Source of the DNA: a virus
Taxonomy: Duplodnaviria > Caudoviricetes
Length of the DNA stretch: 64,000 nucleotides
Direction: 5' to 3' (one strand)
Virus record (IMG/VR): IMGVR_UViG_3300031760_000034
Span: 1-64,000 of that record
The notes under the pieces were generated by a model, which had not been told where the DNA came from, did no database searches, and saw only the letters and a program-made list of their open reading frames with translations. Shown piece after piece: positions 38,601 to 53,199 of this stretch (position 1 is the stretch's first letter; the number at the start of each line of letters is the position of its first letter). Made by a program: the position numbers and the translations under genes.

Positions 38601-41600
38601 AAACATTCTTATTTCTGGGTGCAACGTATCGTTTAACAATTCATCCCAGGCTTCTGCCATATCATCTTCGTTGACATGATCAGAGTCCATGAAATTAAGA
38701 GTTTTTACAAACTTAACATCTTGGTATGTGCCTGGTTGTGTACCAGCATTATAAGCATTATATCTGAGCTCTTCGTGATGTTGGAATCCTTGAACAAGAG
38801 AAGCAAGTAAGTAATTTTTAATAGAGCCATCTACAGAACGCATATCAGAATATGCAGGATCTGTCATTATCTTTATACGAATATCTTCAAGTCTGTCGGA
38901 AATAGTATTATTACCGCTAACAAGGCCTTTGATATTTATATTCATATTCTAAGCCCACGTATTAAAGAATCCAGCTCGTATATAGTTCATTATCTGTTTA
39001 CTTACAGCCTTTCTCATGTCAGCAGAAGCATTCTTCTCACCAATTTGGTTAAGAATTCTGTCTACTTGTACCTAGAATTGGTTTGTAGACTCTATGGTAA
39101 ACGATCCCATTATATCCATAAACAGATCTAGCGCGTTGTTAGTTTTGTCTTTAATATAACTATCGTTATAGTAATCTGACAAATCTTCAAACAACCCGTA
39201 ATCATTGCCTGGAAGATTGAATAGTCTATCAACGCCTTCTCTGTACGCCATTTGTTCAGTCACGTTCTTACCCTGTTTTCTAGTATCAATTTTACTATAT
39301 TTTACAAGATCAGAAAGCTGTTGTTCATATGGCTAAAATTTATCCTTTGCCCTATATACCAAATACTGAATTTCTGCAGCTGAAAGGTTTACATTATCTT
39401 GCACTTTATACATCCTAGCATGCCCATTCATCGGAATGTGTTTCTTTGATATTTGATGTAAAATATCATTATTTTTACTAAGAAGTATTTGAATAGCGTC
39501 GTCTACAGAAATTCCTCTAACTTTTTCGAAGTATCCGTCAAGCACTTTATTCGCTTGTTTTAGAGTACCGACATTCTTAGGAAGACTAAAATTACTCTTT
39601 ACAAAGTTATATACAACTTCTTCTACAGCTTCATTTTGTCTACGAGATTTACTTCTACTCGATTCAGAACCGTATTGACTTGCAGCGTTATTGTATGCAT
39701 TAGCCATTTCTACCATAATAGGTTGAGTTGTAAAGTAGAATGTATCTTTACCGAATCCAGTTCTAATCATAAGATTTACTAGATTATAAGTATAACTGTT
39801 TACATTCAACCTTGCGATATATGGATCTTTGGCTACGTCTACGTGTGCATTTATAAGTCCAGATATCCAAGAAAGTATAGAGTTTCCGTATCTATCAGAA
39901 GACTGGTCGAGCCTATACATTCCTAATTGACCTAAGAACCCATCTTGCTTAAACTTAACGCCATACAACATAGTAAGAATGTGGCTGTTGTTGTTAAGAG
40001 CAAATGGTCCAATACCGAACTTACCTGTAATAAATTCTGTCTTAGTAGATGCGTTTGCCCATAATGAATATGGAGTAAACGGATCAAGCGGCTTTTCAGC
40101 TTGTCCTTCTTCTATGTCTTTAATTATGTCTTTAAGAAGTTTAGTGTCACCGTCAATAGACGCATGATTAGAATGTGCAGTTCTATTTACGTTCTACTCG
40201 TTTTCAGACTTAGAATCTTTAAGAAGAGCAATATAGTCGCTAAGAAGTCTATTTGCATAATACTCATGAGAACCTTCTTTAAAGCTTGTATTAGCTTTTC
40301 CGTTCTTTACATCATAGTAGAACCTAGATAAGAAGAGTTTATCGATATCGAAGTCAGCACCTGTAATCTTAGTAAATTCTTTAGGAAGTACAATAGTATC
40401 TCTCACTACAGGAAGAACATCTACACAACGTAATGCGTGTATTGATGATTGCGCCTGAGTAGGAATACGAGATCCAACTACATTTGCAGTAGCGTTACTC
40501 CACTCTCCATTCTTCTTTCTTCCGCTTATTATGCCGTTTTCTATAAGCCATTGTTTGGCATCTTCAAACGACTTTTTACGTTTCTTAGGAACTCTTTTAC
40601 GTATTTCAGAACCGTTTTCATCTGTAGTTGTTGTATAGAGATATTGACCTTGATCATCCATCTCATATACAATATGACCTTCATCATCTCTTACAACATC
40701 GTCTGGTATAATATCGTCAAAGAAATCAATAGAAAGAACACAGTCCATGGATCCTTCCTCATTTATCATTTGAAGTTCTCGTCCTTCATAAATAGATGCG
40801 GGCAGGTCTTCTTCATTTTGTACTGTAGTCGCCCCTTCCATAGCCCAAGCAGAACGCTGAATAAACGCAGCTCCAGGAGTATTTATATCGATTACATTCT
40901 TATTGATCATAGATGTAACAATACTCTGTATCCACTCAAGACTATTTTGAGCTACAGGAGGAATATACATGGCAGGCTCGCCGTTAGCATCGAGAGTAAT
41001 ACTTACAGCATCGATTGCTTCTTGACTAGCTCCTCTAGATGCGAGTTCTTCTTTAAGGAATTTAGACAGCTCTTCTATCTTTATTTCTTTAGTGGTAATC
41101 TCCTCGCCATTCTCTCCAGTAGTTTTAGTTTCTTTTATAAACCTTTCACGTACTTTCTGTTCTCCAATATTAGAAATCTGATTTATACAATTCATAATAT
41201 CATTTCTAACATCAAGAGCAGATGCTGTACGGAACGTTCTGTTACCATTTTCGTCTACGCTTTCAAGAATAGTATAATCGCGTCCTGGTATAATACTAGC
41301 CATTACAACTTTGGTCATCTGTGTACCCATTTTGTTTGTAAGGCTTCCATGAGGATCTGTATTGAACTGTTTACGAATATATTTGAAATCTTGTTCGTAC
41401 TTGTTGAATGTAAACTAGCTGAATGGAGGTTGAGGCTTCCAATTCTAATTACCAACGTCACCGTCTATAAAGTTGTTTTCGTTTGTCGGATCGTAGTCTT
41501 CTTTGAATTCAGACATTACCATTGGTTTACTTCCTTGAGATCCAACTTTCACAGCAGAGTTGATCATAAGCATGTGCACGCCTTCTTTCTTCATCTTATC

Positions 41601-44600
41601 AAAGATTTTGGCAGTAGCACCTGTAGATATACATTTGAACATTGGGAATATAGCCATCTTATCATAATAAGGAGCTGCTATTCCGTTAGCAAATCTAAAT
41701 CCGTATGCAGTATACTTTTGATTACCTATTACTGTGGTAAGCACATCCTAATAAGCCTTCTATAATGTAAGAATGTCTTTGGTTGTATAAACCTTACCGT
41801 CTACTTCCTAACCTCTAAGAATCTTAAAAGCTCTCTCTATCTTAGAGTCCCATGAACCAACCATACGTAGTAACCATTCAGCCATTTCATCGGTAACATA
41901 TGCTGCACCGTCAGCTACATCTATATCAGACATGAAATCAGAAGACTTCTTCTTGGCATTCTTAGTAAGCATGTCGTATATATCAGCATTTTCATTCTAA
42001 AGAGCCTGTTTTATCTCATCGATAGACATATTTTCTATTTTCTGAGAAAGTTGTTTAGCCTCTTCAGAATTACTATTTGCAAATGTAATACCTGCCTTAT
42101 CAAGTTGGCTTCTCATATATGCAGAACGCAACTCTCCGTCTTCGATCATCTTCGATAAATCATCTTGAAGAGCAGATCCAATCATCTCATTGTCTACTTC
42201 TGCACATGTATATTTAGTAGGAATGCCAGGTATATCAAGAACATTATTTTGTCCTGTAGATATAAGTCCACCAAGTCGCTTATGTTGATCTATACTTCTA
42301 TCAATAAGTTCTCCATTCGAACCATATTTCCATTTAAAGAACGCAGGATGACCGGCATACAGTCTTTCTACTTCTTGTATAGAAATATTAGAAGCGGCAG
42401 ATACTCTGCTTAGGAACGCGGCGATAGCCATAGATTCCCTTTGTTGTTTATTAGATATGTGCTTATAATTTTCAGAAATAAGTTTGATTTGCTAAGCATC
42501 TAATAATTTGTTTTCATATCTGAGTATAATAGGGATCTTCTCGTCGTTTGATACTTTCTTTATAAGTCCTAAGTCTTCTGCGTACTTAAGCTCGTTTTCT
42601 ACCTGTTTGTTCAGAGATCTAGTAAGAAGTTTAAATTGATGTTCCTTTAATTGTTGTTCATTTACATGGATCAAACTAGACCAATTAGAATCGCCTTTTT
42701 TTGTTTTGAGATAATACATGCCAGGTTTATCTGGGTCTGGTATTCCAAAGAAGTATGCTTGAGCTGTTTTCCAGTTAGCAATCTCATCTTTATATTTTGT
42801 ACTACCTTCTTCGTGAACTCTATTAAAAGACACCCAGTTGCCATTCTCATCATATATACCAGTAAGTACGCCAAATCTACCACCTTGAACGATTGTGTGT
42901 CCGTCGTATTCGTTTCCTTTGTGATAATTCATCACTTTCTACGAATCATCGAGAGGTGGATGTTTTGTACCTTCTTCGTCAGTATACCCTCTTACTTGTT
43001 TTATACATTCTTCAACGGCTTTCTTCTCGCAAAGAGCATATTGCAGTAATTGTTCAAGTACTTGCCTATCTTGAGACATGGTATATTTACCATTTCCAAG
43101 ATCTGTAAATGTATTTATGTGTGTAAGTCCTGGGATAGTAATACCAGTCAAATATGTCCATGTCTTCTTATCGGACATTGTTGGGAATATAAGACCTCCT
43201 TCTTGTGTCAGAATCTGGCATTTAGTAATATAATCTTCAGCTGGAGATATTTCGGCATAATCCTAACCCATGTCGCCCTTCTGGTCTGTTCTAAATCCAG
43301 CAACAGTAACTACCTTTAATTTACTTCCATCTTCAACTTGCTTTATTACTATAGAACCAATTTTTCTTGAGCCTTGTTCCATGTAATTGTAACTGAAAGA
43401 TTTCAGATCGTTGATTGGACCTTCATCCCCAGTTAAAGAAGCGTTTATATCATCTGTAACGTCTGTAATAAGACTATTCTCAGATATTACATAATAACGG
43501 TTTCCTTTTGTAGCAAGTACACTAAGCTGATCATGGTCGTGTGTATATTTATACTTTGCGTTAGCAAGCATTCCTATAAAACCAAATGAGGCGAGAGCTG
43601 TATCGATAGACTTTCCGTTAAGAGTACCATTGGGAGTGATATTTAAAGATTTTGTAACTTTATTATAACATCCTCTCAACCAATCTAAGAACGGAGTAAT
43701 GCTAGATGGACCAGTTGACTCAAACATTTTCATCAACGCAGTGTGATCAGAAGAACCATACTTAAGTCTAAGTGTATAGTTGAGTTCATCTTTACTAAAT
43801 TGTATACCAAGTTTTTGTAATGTGTTACAGAACTCGTCTTTTACATAATCAAACTGATCTTCCTTTGTTACATCAAGTTGTGTAGCTCTTACTTTACCAT
43901 CTTCTCCTTTAAAATTAACTGTAACAGTCCCTCCAGAAGAAACGGCCTTCTTTACGTCAGTGAAGAAATCATATATATGCTGGAATACTTCTGGCGAGTA
44001 TCTTCTATCAGTTCCTTTTCTAAACTTCATTTGATATCCAGAAGTAGTTTTCTCGAGATATTCACTTCCATTCGCAAACAACTACGACCACACAATTTTA
44101 TACTCCTTAGCGTTATAATCACTATCTGTGTTCTAGATAGTAACATTCCAAGTTCCATCTTGAGATCTGTTAGCTTTACCTATTACATATTCTCCTTTAG
44201 CTGCATGCAAAGCTACTAGAAGCTGACTAAATGAGGCTTCTGCATCTGCGTCTCCCTGCTGTGCTTTATCATATAAAACTTGTACAACGTTTCTATGTAT
44301 ATAGTCGAACATTGCGTTGTCTTTACCAAGTTTCGCAAGCCTATTAAGAAGTTCTTTAGAATTTCGACAATCGTGGCATTGGTTTACAAGAGTATTAAAT
44401 ACATACTTAACGTCAAAATATTCAACTAGACCTTCGTCGTTCAATATATTCTTTGTAACCCTCTTACCTGCTTTATAACCAAAACGTTTCTTTGGTATTC
44501 TAGCAAGTATAAACTTAACCTTAGCTCCAGTTCTGCTAAACTGAGAAGACTCATGAGAATATTTGAGTTGATCGAACGAAGCCTCTAATACACCCTCTCC

Positions 44601-47600
44601 AGATTCTATATCCTAAACATTTTCAGCCTCGTCGTCTTCATTTCTATTTATTTCAAACGTGTTGGCTAAATATGTACGTAAGTCGTTTTCAACTACATCT
44701 ATATTCTCTACCAATTCTTGAAGGGCTAACGCACCATGAGCTCTACTATTAATCATTCTTTGATAGTTCTGATCACGCTCAATAGCAGCCTTGCTTATAC
44801 GTAAGTTCTCAAGACCCTCTCCAGTTATACTCACATCGTTGGTCCTAAACACAAGATATACAAGAGTATTGCGTAGTACTCTATACTGATATCTATTGAG
44901 AATGTGTTTAAATTCGTGACCACCAATAGAGAATGGTGCAAACGCTCCATGAGACTATAAGAATCTTTGTACTTTCTCTGCATTCTAGCTCCATAAATGT
45001 TTTGTAGCGCCCATTCTAGTCATAACATAGAAAGTATACAGTCTAAAGTCTCCTATCTTACCCATAATCTTAGCTACCTACGATATAAACTTAAACGGGT
45101 TTCTTATCGCTCCGAGATTAAAAGTAGGTCTATTCTCCATGTAGTATCTGAACTCTTCAGCAAGACCTTCTCTGATTTGCTTATTGCTTAACAAATCTGC
45201 ATCGTCTTTATATTTAATATGCATCTTTCTAGCATAAGCCTTATAGAGCATCTTTCTTGTCTTATCACCAAGAAGTAGTTCTACTATCTTGTGGAATGCC
45301 TCGTGGTATACGGTACCCTGCGGTGCATATGGGTCAAACAACATTTTACCACTGAAATGACATAAGCCTAACACAGAAGCATTTGTTCTAGATATTTCTG
45401 CAAGTTTGTCTGTGACGTTCTTATCTGTAATTTCTTCGCCAAGAACTTTGCTTAAGAACTCGTTTGCCTTTTCTACGCTAAACTTATCTTTGGCTTTTTG
45501 ACCAGTCATTAGATCCATATCTTCAAGGCTGTCGTCTATACCAAGATCGTCAGTAGTAGGAATATCGTCAACGAGATCTACTGCTGGGTTTTTAGCCGGT
45601 TGTTCTGGCTGTTGTGGAGTGTCGTCAAATACTAAAGGAATGTCTTCGTTGAAGTTAAGAAGCGGATTTGTAAATCCTGTAAATTTAGTTTGAACAAATC
45701 CTCTACGCATAGCCCAAGCAAGACCGCTTAATCCTTCTGGGTGTTCAAAATCTCCAAAGTCTTTCTCATCAAACACTATAGTACTCTGTCCAAATGTGAG
45801 TTTTCCTCCATTTCTGAACACTTCTTTACCCATTTCACTCTCTTTGAACTCAGTAAGTCCATGTAAAGGATGAGAGAAATTATCGTTTCCCTTATTTACT
45901 CTACATTCTAAGAATTCATTGTATGTGAACGTCTTGTTGTGGTGTGCAAGTAAGAAATCCTTTAATGTCTTCTAATCTTGTTCATCGAGTATGTTAAATC
46001 TACCATTATTTGGTATCTCCACACCTTCTCCAAAGTTTCCGTGCAGTATTACATAACGCTGATCATTCTTATCGTACTCAATATATCTAAGAGACTACTG
46101 GTATGGGTTATATCGCTCGTCTAATGCTTTATATCGTATAAGCATTCTGAGAACCTGCATTCTAGTAAGTCCTTTATATATTCCATCTTCAAAGAACACT
46201 TGGTTCTCCATTGCATGAGCTCCATAGTCTCCATTATCCGCCATATACTTACCAGAAAGCAGATCGATGATAAGCTGAGCGTCTCCTTCTGTAACTGGAG
46301 AATAATGTACGTTTACTGGAACTTTCTGGTCTTTATCTATTTCAGGATAAGGAGGGTGTACCATCATTACCATACCACCATCTGCAGGCATTATCTTATC
46401 TGGTCTAGTTCTAGAGTATTCGTAAACTTCATGGTGACCACCAGCCTAACCTGGAACATATGCTATTGGGGTTCCATCTTGTCTATATTGAACTATGCAG
46501 AATGTATCTTGAGAAGAGCTAAACTCTATGTCATACATAGTATCATCGGCAAACAGTCCCATTTGCTCAAACGTACGCAATGTATTTCCTTCTATAATAC
46601 CGTTACTTCTACTAATTGCAGACTTTTGCGGCATTACAAGTCTACCACCAGCTTCGCCAAGCATTCTGAGTACTTGAGAATAGAACAGTTTTCCTTTTCC
46701 ATTTGTACTATCTGAAGTATGTATGTCAATAGGAGAGAATTGATGTCCTCCATACATAACGTTCAACTGTATTTTAGGAGTCCTCGTGCTCGTTCTTGTG
46801 GTGAACCAGAATACTCCATTCTCTAAGAAGTCTGGGTTGGCACTAACATCGGAAAGTCTTACTCCAGATCCATCAGTAGCAACAGAATCTTCTATATTAT
46901 AGCCGCGACTAGCTTCCATTCCTGTATGAGTAGTAGTATACTATGCCCATGGCCTTTCGTATCTTACAGAAGGAGCTTCTATTGTAGGAGGCACTGTAGG
47001 AGGTTCCTAAATATTCTCGTAGAGTTTGTTGTATTCGTCAATATCTCCCTTAACGCGTATATAATTATCAAGAGATCCTAAATTCAGCTGCACATCGTTG
47101 TCCTCTGCAGCATTTAACAGCATTTGTACGTTTGAGAGGGCTTCAGAGTATAACCTTGCGTTGGTGTCAGTTTTAGCACTAATGAAATGATCCCACCTCA
47201 TTTGAAGTTCAAGAACCCACTTTTCGAAGTCTTCGTATAACTCTTTTTCGAACAACTCTCTAGAATGTAGGTTTTCCCACAACTGATCATCAGTAGGATT
47301 AAGATGTTCTGGTACAGTCTGATTCTATTGATCTTCAAACTGCTGAATATCTCGCTTCACCCTTTCTTTAAGAGCATCAAACTCATTCTAGAATCTTATA
47401 GCAGCTCCATTTACTCCAGCATACTGTTGTTTAGATAATACTTTACCATTCCATTTAGATGTAAACCTATTCCATCTGGACATAAAGTTATCAACAAGCT
47501 GTTTTGTCGCATCCGTTACTTTATCCCAGTCTTCTTTAGCAGTTTCAAAATCAGTGTTGACATCGTTTGAAGTAAATATAGTATTACTAGAAGGAGAATA

Positions 47601-50600
47601 CTCAGCTTCTATTTGAGCAACTTGTTCATCATAATCTTCGTAATCTTCTACCTACGGAGTTTCTTCTTTTACTTCTCCTTCAGGCTCTTGTATCTAAGGT
47701 TCAGATGTACTTGTAGCAGCCGTTTCTGTGGCTTCTGAGGCGTTTTCTGCAGGCTCCTGTACAGTTGTTCCAGGAGTACTCGGTTCGGGCTCTGTAGGCG
47801 TTTCTACGGGCTCTGGAGACGGTTGTTCCGATGAGCTTTCTGATGATTCAGGAGCAGCTTCTTCGACTGGCTGCGTTTCTGTCTCCATGTCTTCTACAGA
47901 CTGTTCTTCTTCTGATGTAGTGGCTTCAAATGTATCGTGTATCTGTTGTCTAAGCTCTTCATCAGACTTTACAGATGCTAAATACTTATCTATAAGGTCT
48001 AATGCTGACTTCTTTCTATCAGTAAAATCAGTCTGAGCATTCTTATAAGCTTCCTACATTTCAGGACTTGTGAGGAACTCCATACCAGAAACTTTACCAC
48101 CAAGCAGCAAATATTGTATCGCGGTAGCCTCTTCTATATCTGTTATATAGTTTGCAGAATCGCGATACAGATCACGAAGTACATCATGTAATTTTTGATT
48201 TGGAATAGTCTTAAAATCATCTACAGTGGACGCATTCTTTATTGCCTTAAATCTTGATAACGACTGAAGTCTTTTGATCTGTCTGTTTACAGAACGAAGA
48301 CGTCTCTTATCTGCAGTAGTAGGCTCTGCCGTCATCTCAAGTTGATCTCTAAGAGTAAATAATGCGTCAAGGGATGCTATTTCTTTTATATAACTTACAA
48401 GATTTGGTATAGCTGCACGTATACCTTGCATATTATACAACGTTTCGCCTCCGAGGCCGCCTTTGATGGCACCGTCCCCTTCATGCTATACTTCAGTATC
48501 AATGAGATCAAACTCGTCATTAATCTTCAGAAGATCTCCGTAAGTCATTGTACCGAGAATCTCCTATATTCCTCTGCTCTCTTCTTGATTACCACTTACA
48601 AGACCGTTTACAAGAGAATTGGCACTCTTCTCAAGCTCATTCAAACCAGTAATACCTTGTTTAGCAAGATCTTTGGCCCACATTATAAGGCCTACGTAGT
48701 TACCAAACTTCTTTGTACCTGGTTTTATATCAAGTTGCTTTGCGCCATCTTGAACATTCTTAGAATTTGCAGTATCAAACACATCTTGATATGCCTTTCT
48801 CTGCTCTTGCACGTCTTCTGCAGTGAAGTTTAGCCCATCGGTACCACCATTTCGCTGTTCTGCAGTAGTTGCAACATTCTCCATAGCATCAAATGCCTTC
48901 ATAATACGCTCATATTGCGTAGGAGACGTCTATGTTGCAAGATAAGAATTATTGGCAATAGTAGTTCTATCAGCCATCTTGTGCGCAAGCACATTGTTTA
49001 CAACAAAGTTACTAGCTTTGAGATCTTGATATGCTCCAGTAATGGCATTGAACCCTTGTATAGTGGCAGTATGGCCAAATCCACCCAAGAATCCGCCTTT
49101 CATGTTGGCTATAAGCTCTTTATCTGAAGTAGCGCCAAACATATCGCCAACGAAAGAATACGCAGCTCTAGAACCACCAGCAATATCGTTTATAATAGAG
49201 TCCATAAGAGTATCACTCTCACCAGAATAAGCACCATCTGCGTATTGCTTTCCGTTTAAATACTGCTTACCTTCTTCAATTGCCTCAGACCAACCTGCTC
49301 CAAATACTTTAGATGCAAAATCTACAACATTTTTACCTATTGCTTTGGCTCCAAGAAGTTTCTTAGGCATTTGCTCTATGATATCGGCTGCAAATCCTAA
49401 GCGCTTAGTAATACCTCTAACAGCACTTTTTGGTAATGCACGACCAACCGTCTTTAATCCAGCCTGCACAGCTTTTCCAGCAAGTACCAACGGGAATGCT
49501 ACAGAACTAGCTACAGCTCCTCCTAAATCAGATTCTGCAAAGTCTTTGGCGAAGTTCTTAGTAGCCATCAATACTTTTCCGGCAGTAGGATGCTCGTGCA
49601 TAAAGTTGTACATTCTCTTAAACCTAGAGGCCTTTGCTCCAGGAGTAATCATACTAGCTTTAGCCAATTTAGTGACAGGACCTAAGAAGTTCAATCCTGC
49701 TTCGAATATCTCACTGCCTATTACAGCAGTCATATCATTCTTATACAGGTTGTTCAAACCATATGTAGCTACTTCTGCAATGTCTTTGATCTTTTCTTTT
49801 GGTTCATAAATACCTGCTGCCATAGCATACATAAGTTCGTCGTCGGTAGCGTCCTTCTTACCAAGAGCTTTTCTACCCTCCTTCTGCCAGCGCTCGTATT
49901 CTCCGGCTTTGTTTAGCCTATCTATGAATAACTGCTGATAATTATCTCCAACTTCAGTGTCATTCTCATAATGACCTCCTATAACACCAAGACCTGTAGA
50001 AGCTAAGCCAGCTGCAGCTAAACCAGCAGCACCGCCTGTGCCCGCAGTAGCAGCCGCCATCGCAGCAAGACTAACAGCAGTAGAAGCAAGTTGATATCCT
50101 CCAAAAGACATAGAGGATCCTATAAGACCAGGCATCCCGTATATATACGTATCAGGATCAGTAAAGTTAAATTCCGTTACAGCATCCGCCTTCTTTTTAA
50201 ATTCTTCTGAAGGGTTATATCCACTAGACTTCCAACTCTTTAGCTCCCTTATGTTGTCTGCCATCCTATTTAATAGTTCCGGACGTTTTTTATCGAATTC
50301 CTCGCGTATTTGTCCAACAGCTCCGTCTATATTCTGCGAATATTGTTTAATCTAAGACTTTATTTCTAAAGGGAGATTATTATATCCGTGTTTCGCTATA
50401 ATTGCATCCAATGCTTCTAGGTTATACTTAGCATCTTTTTTACCTTGAGGAGCCCATCCGGTACCAGAATACATGGCCGCTTCATCAGTATTGCCAAAAT
50501 AACTAGAAGCGTCACTAACTATCTTCTGTGTATTTTGGTTTTCAACCTACAATTTTTTTATCTCTTGAGATGTTTGATTAATTAAATCTTGCACATCTTT

Positions 50601-51548
50601 TGTTTTCTAGAGTTTATTAAGTTGTACAAGCTTATCAGATAAATCTATAATACGATTTATATTGCTTGTGTATCGTTGTAGGTCTGCACCTCTGCGCATT
50701 AACTCTTTGTATCTATTTATCTCACCAACATCAGATTTAATCTCCGATTCGTTTTTAAGAATAGCTCCTTGACCTAATGCATCTTTAGACCAGTTTGATT
50801 TTTGCTAAACTTGGGATTTAGCAATAAATGGGTCGTATGTAATGGCAGGTCTATTTCCAGCTATTGAAATGTTTTCAAATAGTTTACCGGCCTCTGTAAG
50901 CATTCGCCCCCAAAAGTTAGCATGTTCTGGGTCTCCTTTTTCAAGCATTGCGTCTTTTACGTTATTTTGAGCAGACTCCAATTCGTCGTACTTTGCTATA
51001 CTTAACGCAGACTCAATACCGTCTATCATTGTCCCAGTAGAGGATAGATCTAACTCGGTTTTCTCTATACCGTTTGGATTAAATATAGTAAATTTAGTAG
51101 AGTCGTCTATTTTTCCAGTATCTGCCACAGACGTTTTCCCAGTAGGAGTAAACGATGGCTGTCTCTTCAACATGTTGGTAAGATACGACGGTTTTGCCTA
51201 TTCGTAATCATCCTATCGTTTTAAGAACTATGGAGGTTCTGGCCCATCTAATTTTACTACAGGTTTATTATTAGTAGCCTTAACACTCTACTCAGTTTTA
51301 TACTAATCATATCCTTCTCCACCAAACGGCTTAGGCCGGTACTCTTCTTTTTTTAGAGTATCGGCCAAGCGTTTATCGAGTTCTGCTTCCTCGTCGCGTC
51401 TCTTCTCGTCGGCTAGATCTCTTTCTCGACGCTGTCTAGCTGACTCTTCTTCATCGCGCTAAATCTGGTTTTGTATTAATCTATTATATAACTGGGTAGA
51501 TTCGTACACTCTTTGATTATTGCGCTGTATTAGTTTTTTTATATCCAT
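35691..51548 (-). CDS. Virion RNA polymerase polyprotein, ~5,285 aa (TAG=Gln)
   Basis: 23 track fragments in one frame, each ending at TAG. Catalytic GADFDIDK at 40341-40355, ADGAAY, SAVKVG, two HExxH motifs and a SLOG-like domain. Gaps between fragments were not all checked for TAA/TGA. Confidence 0.88.
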
Positions 51549-51549
51549 A

Positions 51550-53199
51550 TTACCAGTCGTTTAAACTGTCTAATAAAATTCCTTGTCCGGATCTAGTTTG
51601 TTCTGAAGCAAGTCCGGCTGCTTTATTTAAATATGAATCCATAATTGTCCACTGATTCATTGTTTCTGCACTAGGAATAGTACTATATCCATCAGGAGCA
51701 ATTATAATATTTTGCTTATCTTTCTACTAAGATTTCATTTTTTCCGTTTCGGTAACCTTATACCAGTATGTATTATGGTTGGCACCTTCTCCGACTTCTA
51801 CTTCTACAAATTGTTGATATTGTCCACTACTCATAGGAGCTGTATAAACTCTTCCTGTAGGAACCATACTTATTATAGCACCTTCGCCGGATGGTTTTAT
51901 CGTCTTTGGTTTATGTAAAGTCTTACTATTGCTATACAAAGTATTTGACGTCATTTCATCCTAGGTGTACAATTTATATTTATCGTGTAACGGAACATAT
52001 TGAACTCCTCCAGTAGCTGCGTTCTTAGCTCTAGAATGATCTCCGCCAAATCTAGATATCCAAGCGGACGTGGTTTCAGCATTATTCATACTGTAGAAAT
52101 CGACAAATGCGTTAGAACGACTCTTTCTATCTAAGTCTTTATTTTTTGAAGCAAACCTTTTAGCAATTGTTAATCCCTCTCTTCCTGGGTCAGGAGATCC
52201 AGCCCATGATTGTATACCTCTACCGAGCAAAGTCAATCCGTAACTAGTAGCTTCTTTAGGACTACTTCCAGATCCACCTTTTCCGGCATTCTTCAAGCTC
52301 TGTAAAGCCATATCGTTCTTATGTCTGAGATTCTCTAATGCTACAGCATTTCTATGTTGCTGGTCAAGCTTAGCAAAATCATCAGCATCTCTCTTAATAG
52401 ATTTATATTCTCTATTTGCAGTAGCTATATCCTATTGCAACTGACGTTCAACATCATCTTTTGTATAAGGTAATCCTTTAGCAGCTACTTTTTGTTCTGC
52501 AAGATCTCTGTAATAATCTGCATATAAAGAACCTCTCCATCCAGGAGTTTCTCCAGCAGCTATATCAAGCAAATGTCTATCTGCGAATCCTGTGTAATTA
52601 TATCTTGGATCGTATTTCATATTAAAAGATTCGACATCAGCCTAATTAAGTATTTCTGGAGTTCTGTTATTATACCAAGACTCTGTAGCTTCTTTAAGCG
52701 TTTTAGCTTCTGTAGGAGAAACTCTGTCCCAGATTTTACCTCCTCCTAACGTGTCCCAGTTAGCTAGGTTATAACCAAGATATCTCTCTTCTAAGTCAGG
52801 ATTATATAAACCTGCAGCTTCAAGCTTACCTCTATTCTTTAAATACTCTTCAGCATTCTTAGCACTACTCCTAAGTTTAGCTACTTGTCCAACAGGTATG
52901 TTATTAACCAACTATGCAACAATAGCTCTACCTTCAGCACTACGTAAAGGATCAATACCTCTAGCATATAGATTATTTATAGTATCTCTTACTTTACCTG
53001 TAACATTCTAGTTATACCAATCTTGATCAGCTTGTATAGGTGTTACAAAATCTCCATATGCTGTATTGAAATCCTTTATACGCTACTCTCCTTTCTCGTA
53101 CATATCTTTCGCAGCATTTATAGCCATCGCCATAATCTGCGTATCATATAGATCCCTAGTAGGAAGCTATATCCAATTATCGTATGCGTATGTTGTCAT
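51550..53199 (-). CDS. Virion cargo protein, ~549 aa (TAG=Gln)
   Basis: Four fragments in one frame, ATG 53199 to TAA 51550; lies just upstream of the RNAP gene. Confidence 0.8.

Noticed and set aside
40449-41765. 438-aa + strand ORF (and other long antisense ORFs such as 12590-13207 and 13415-13861)
   Set aside because: They lie antisense to well-supported genes, have non-protein-like composition, and arise from codon bias on the coding strand.
47640-47930. Glu/Pro/Thr-rich stretch as a repeat element or insertion
   Set aside because: It is an ordinary low-complexity linker within the RNAP polyprotein.
35691-51548. Inteins or introns inflating the RNAP gene
   Set aside because: I saw no intein splice motifs, homing-endonuclease motifs or frame breaks, though a profile search is needed to exclude them.
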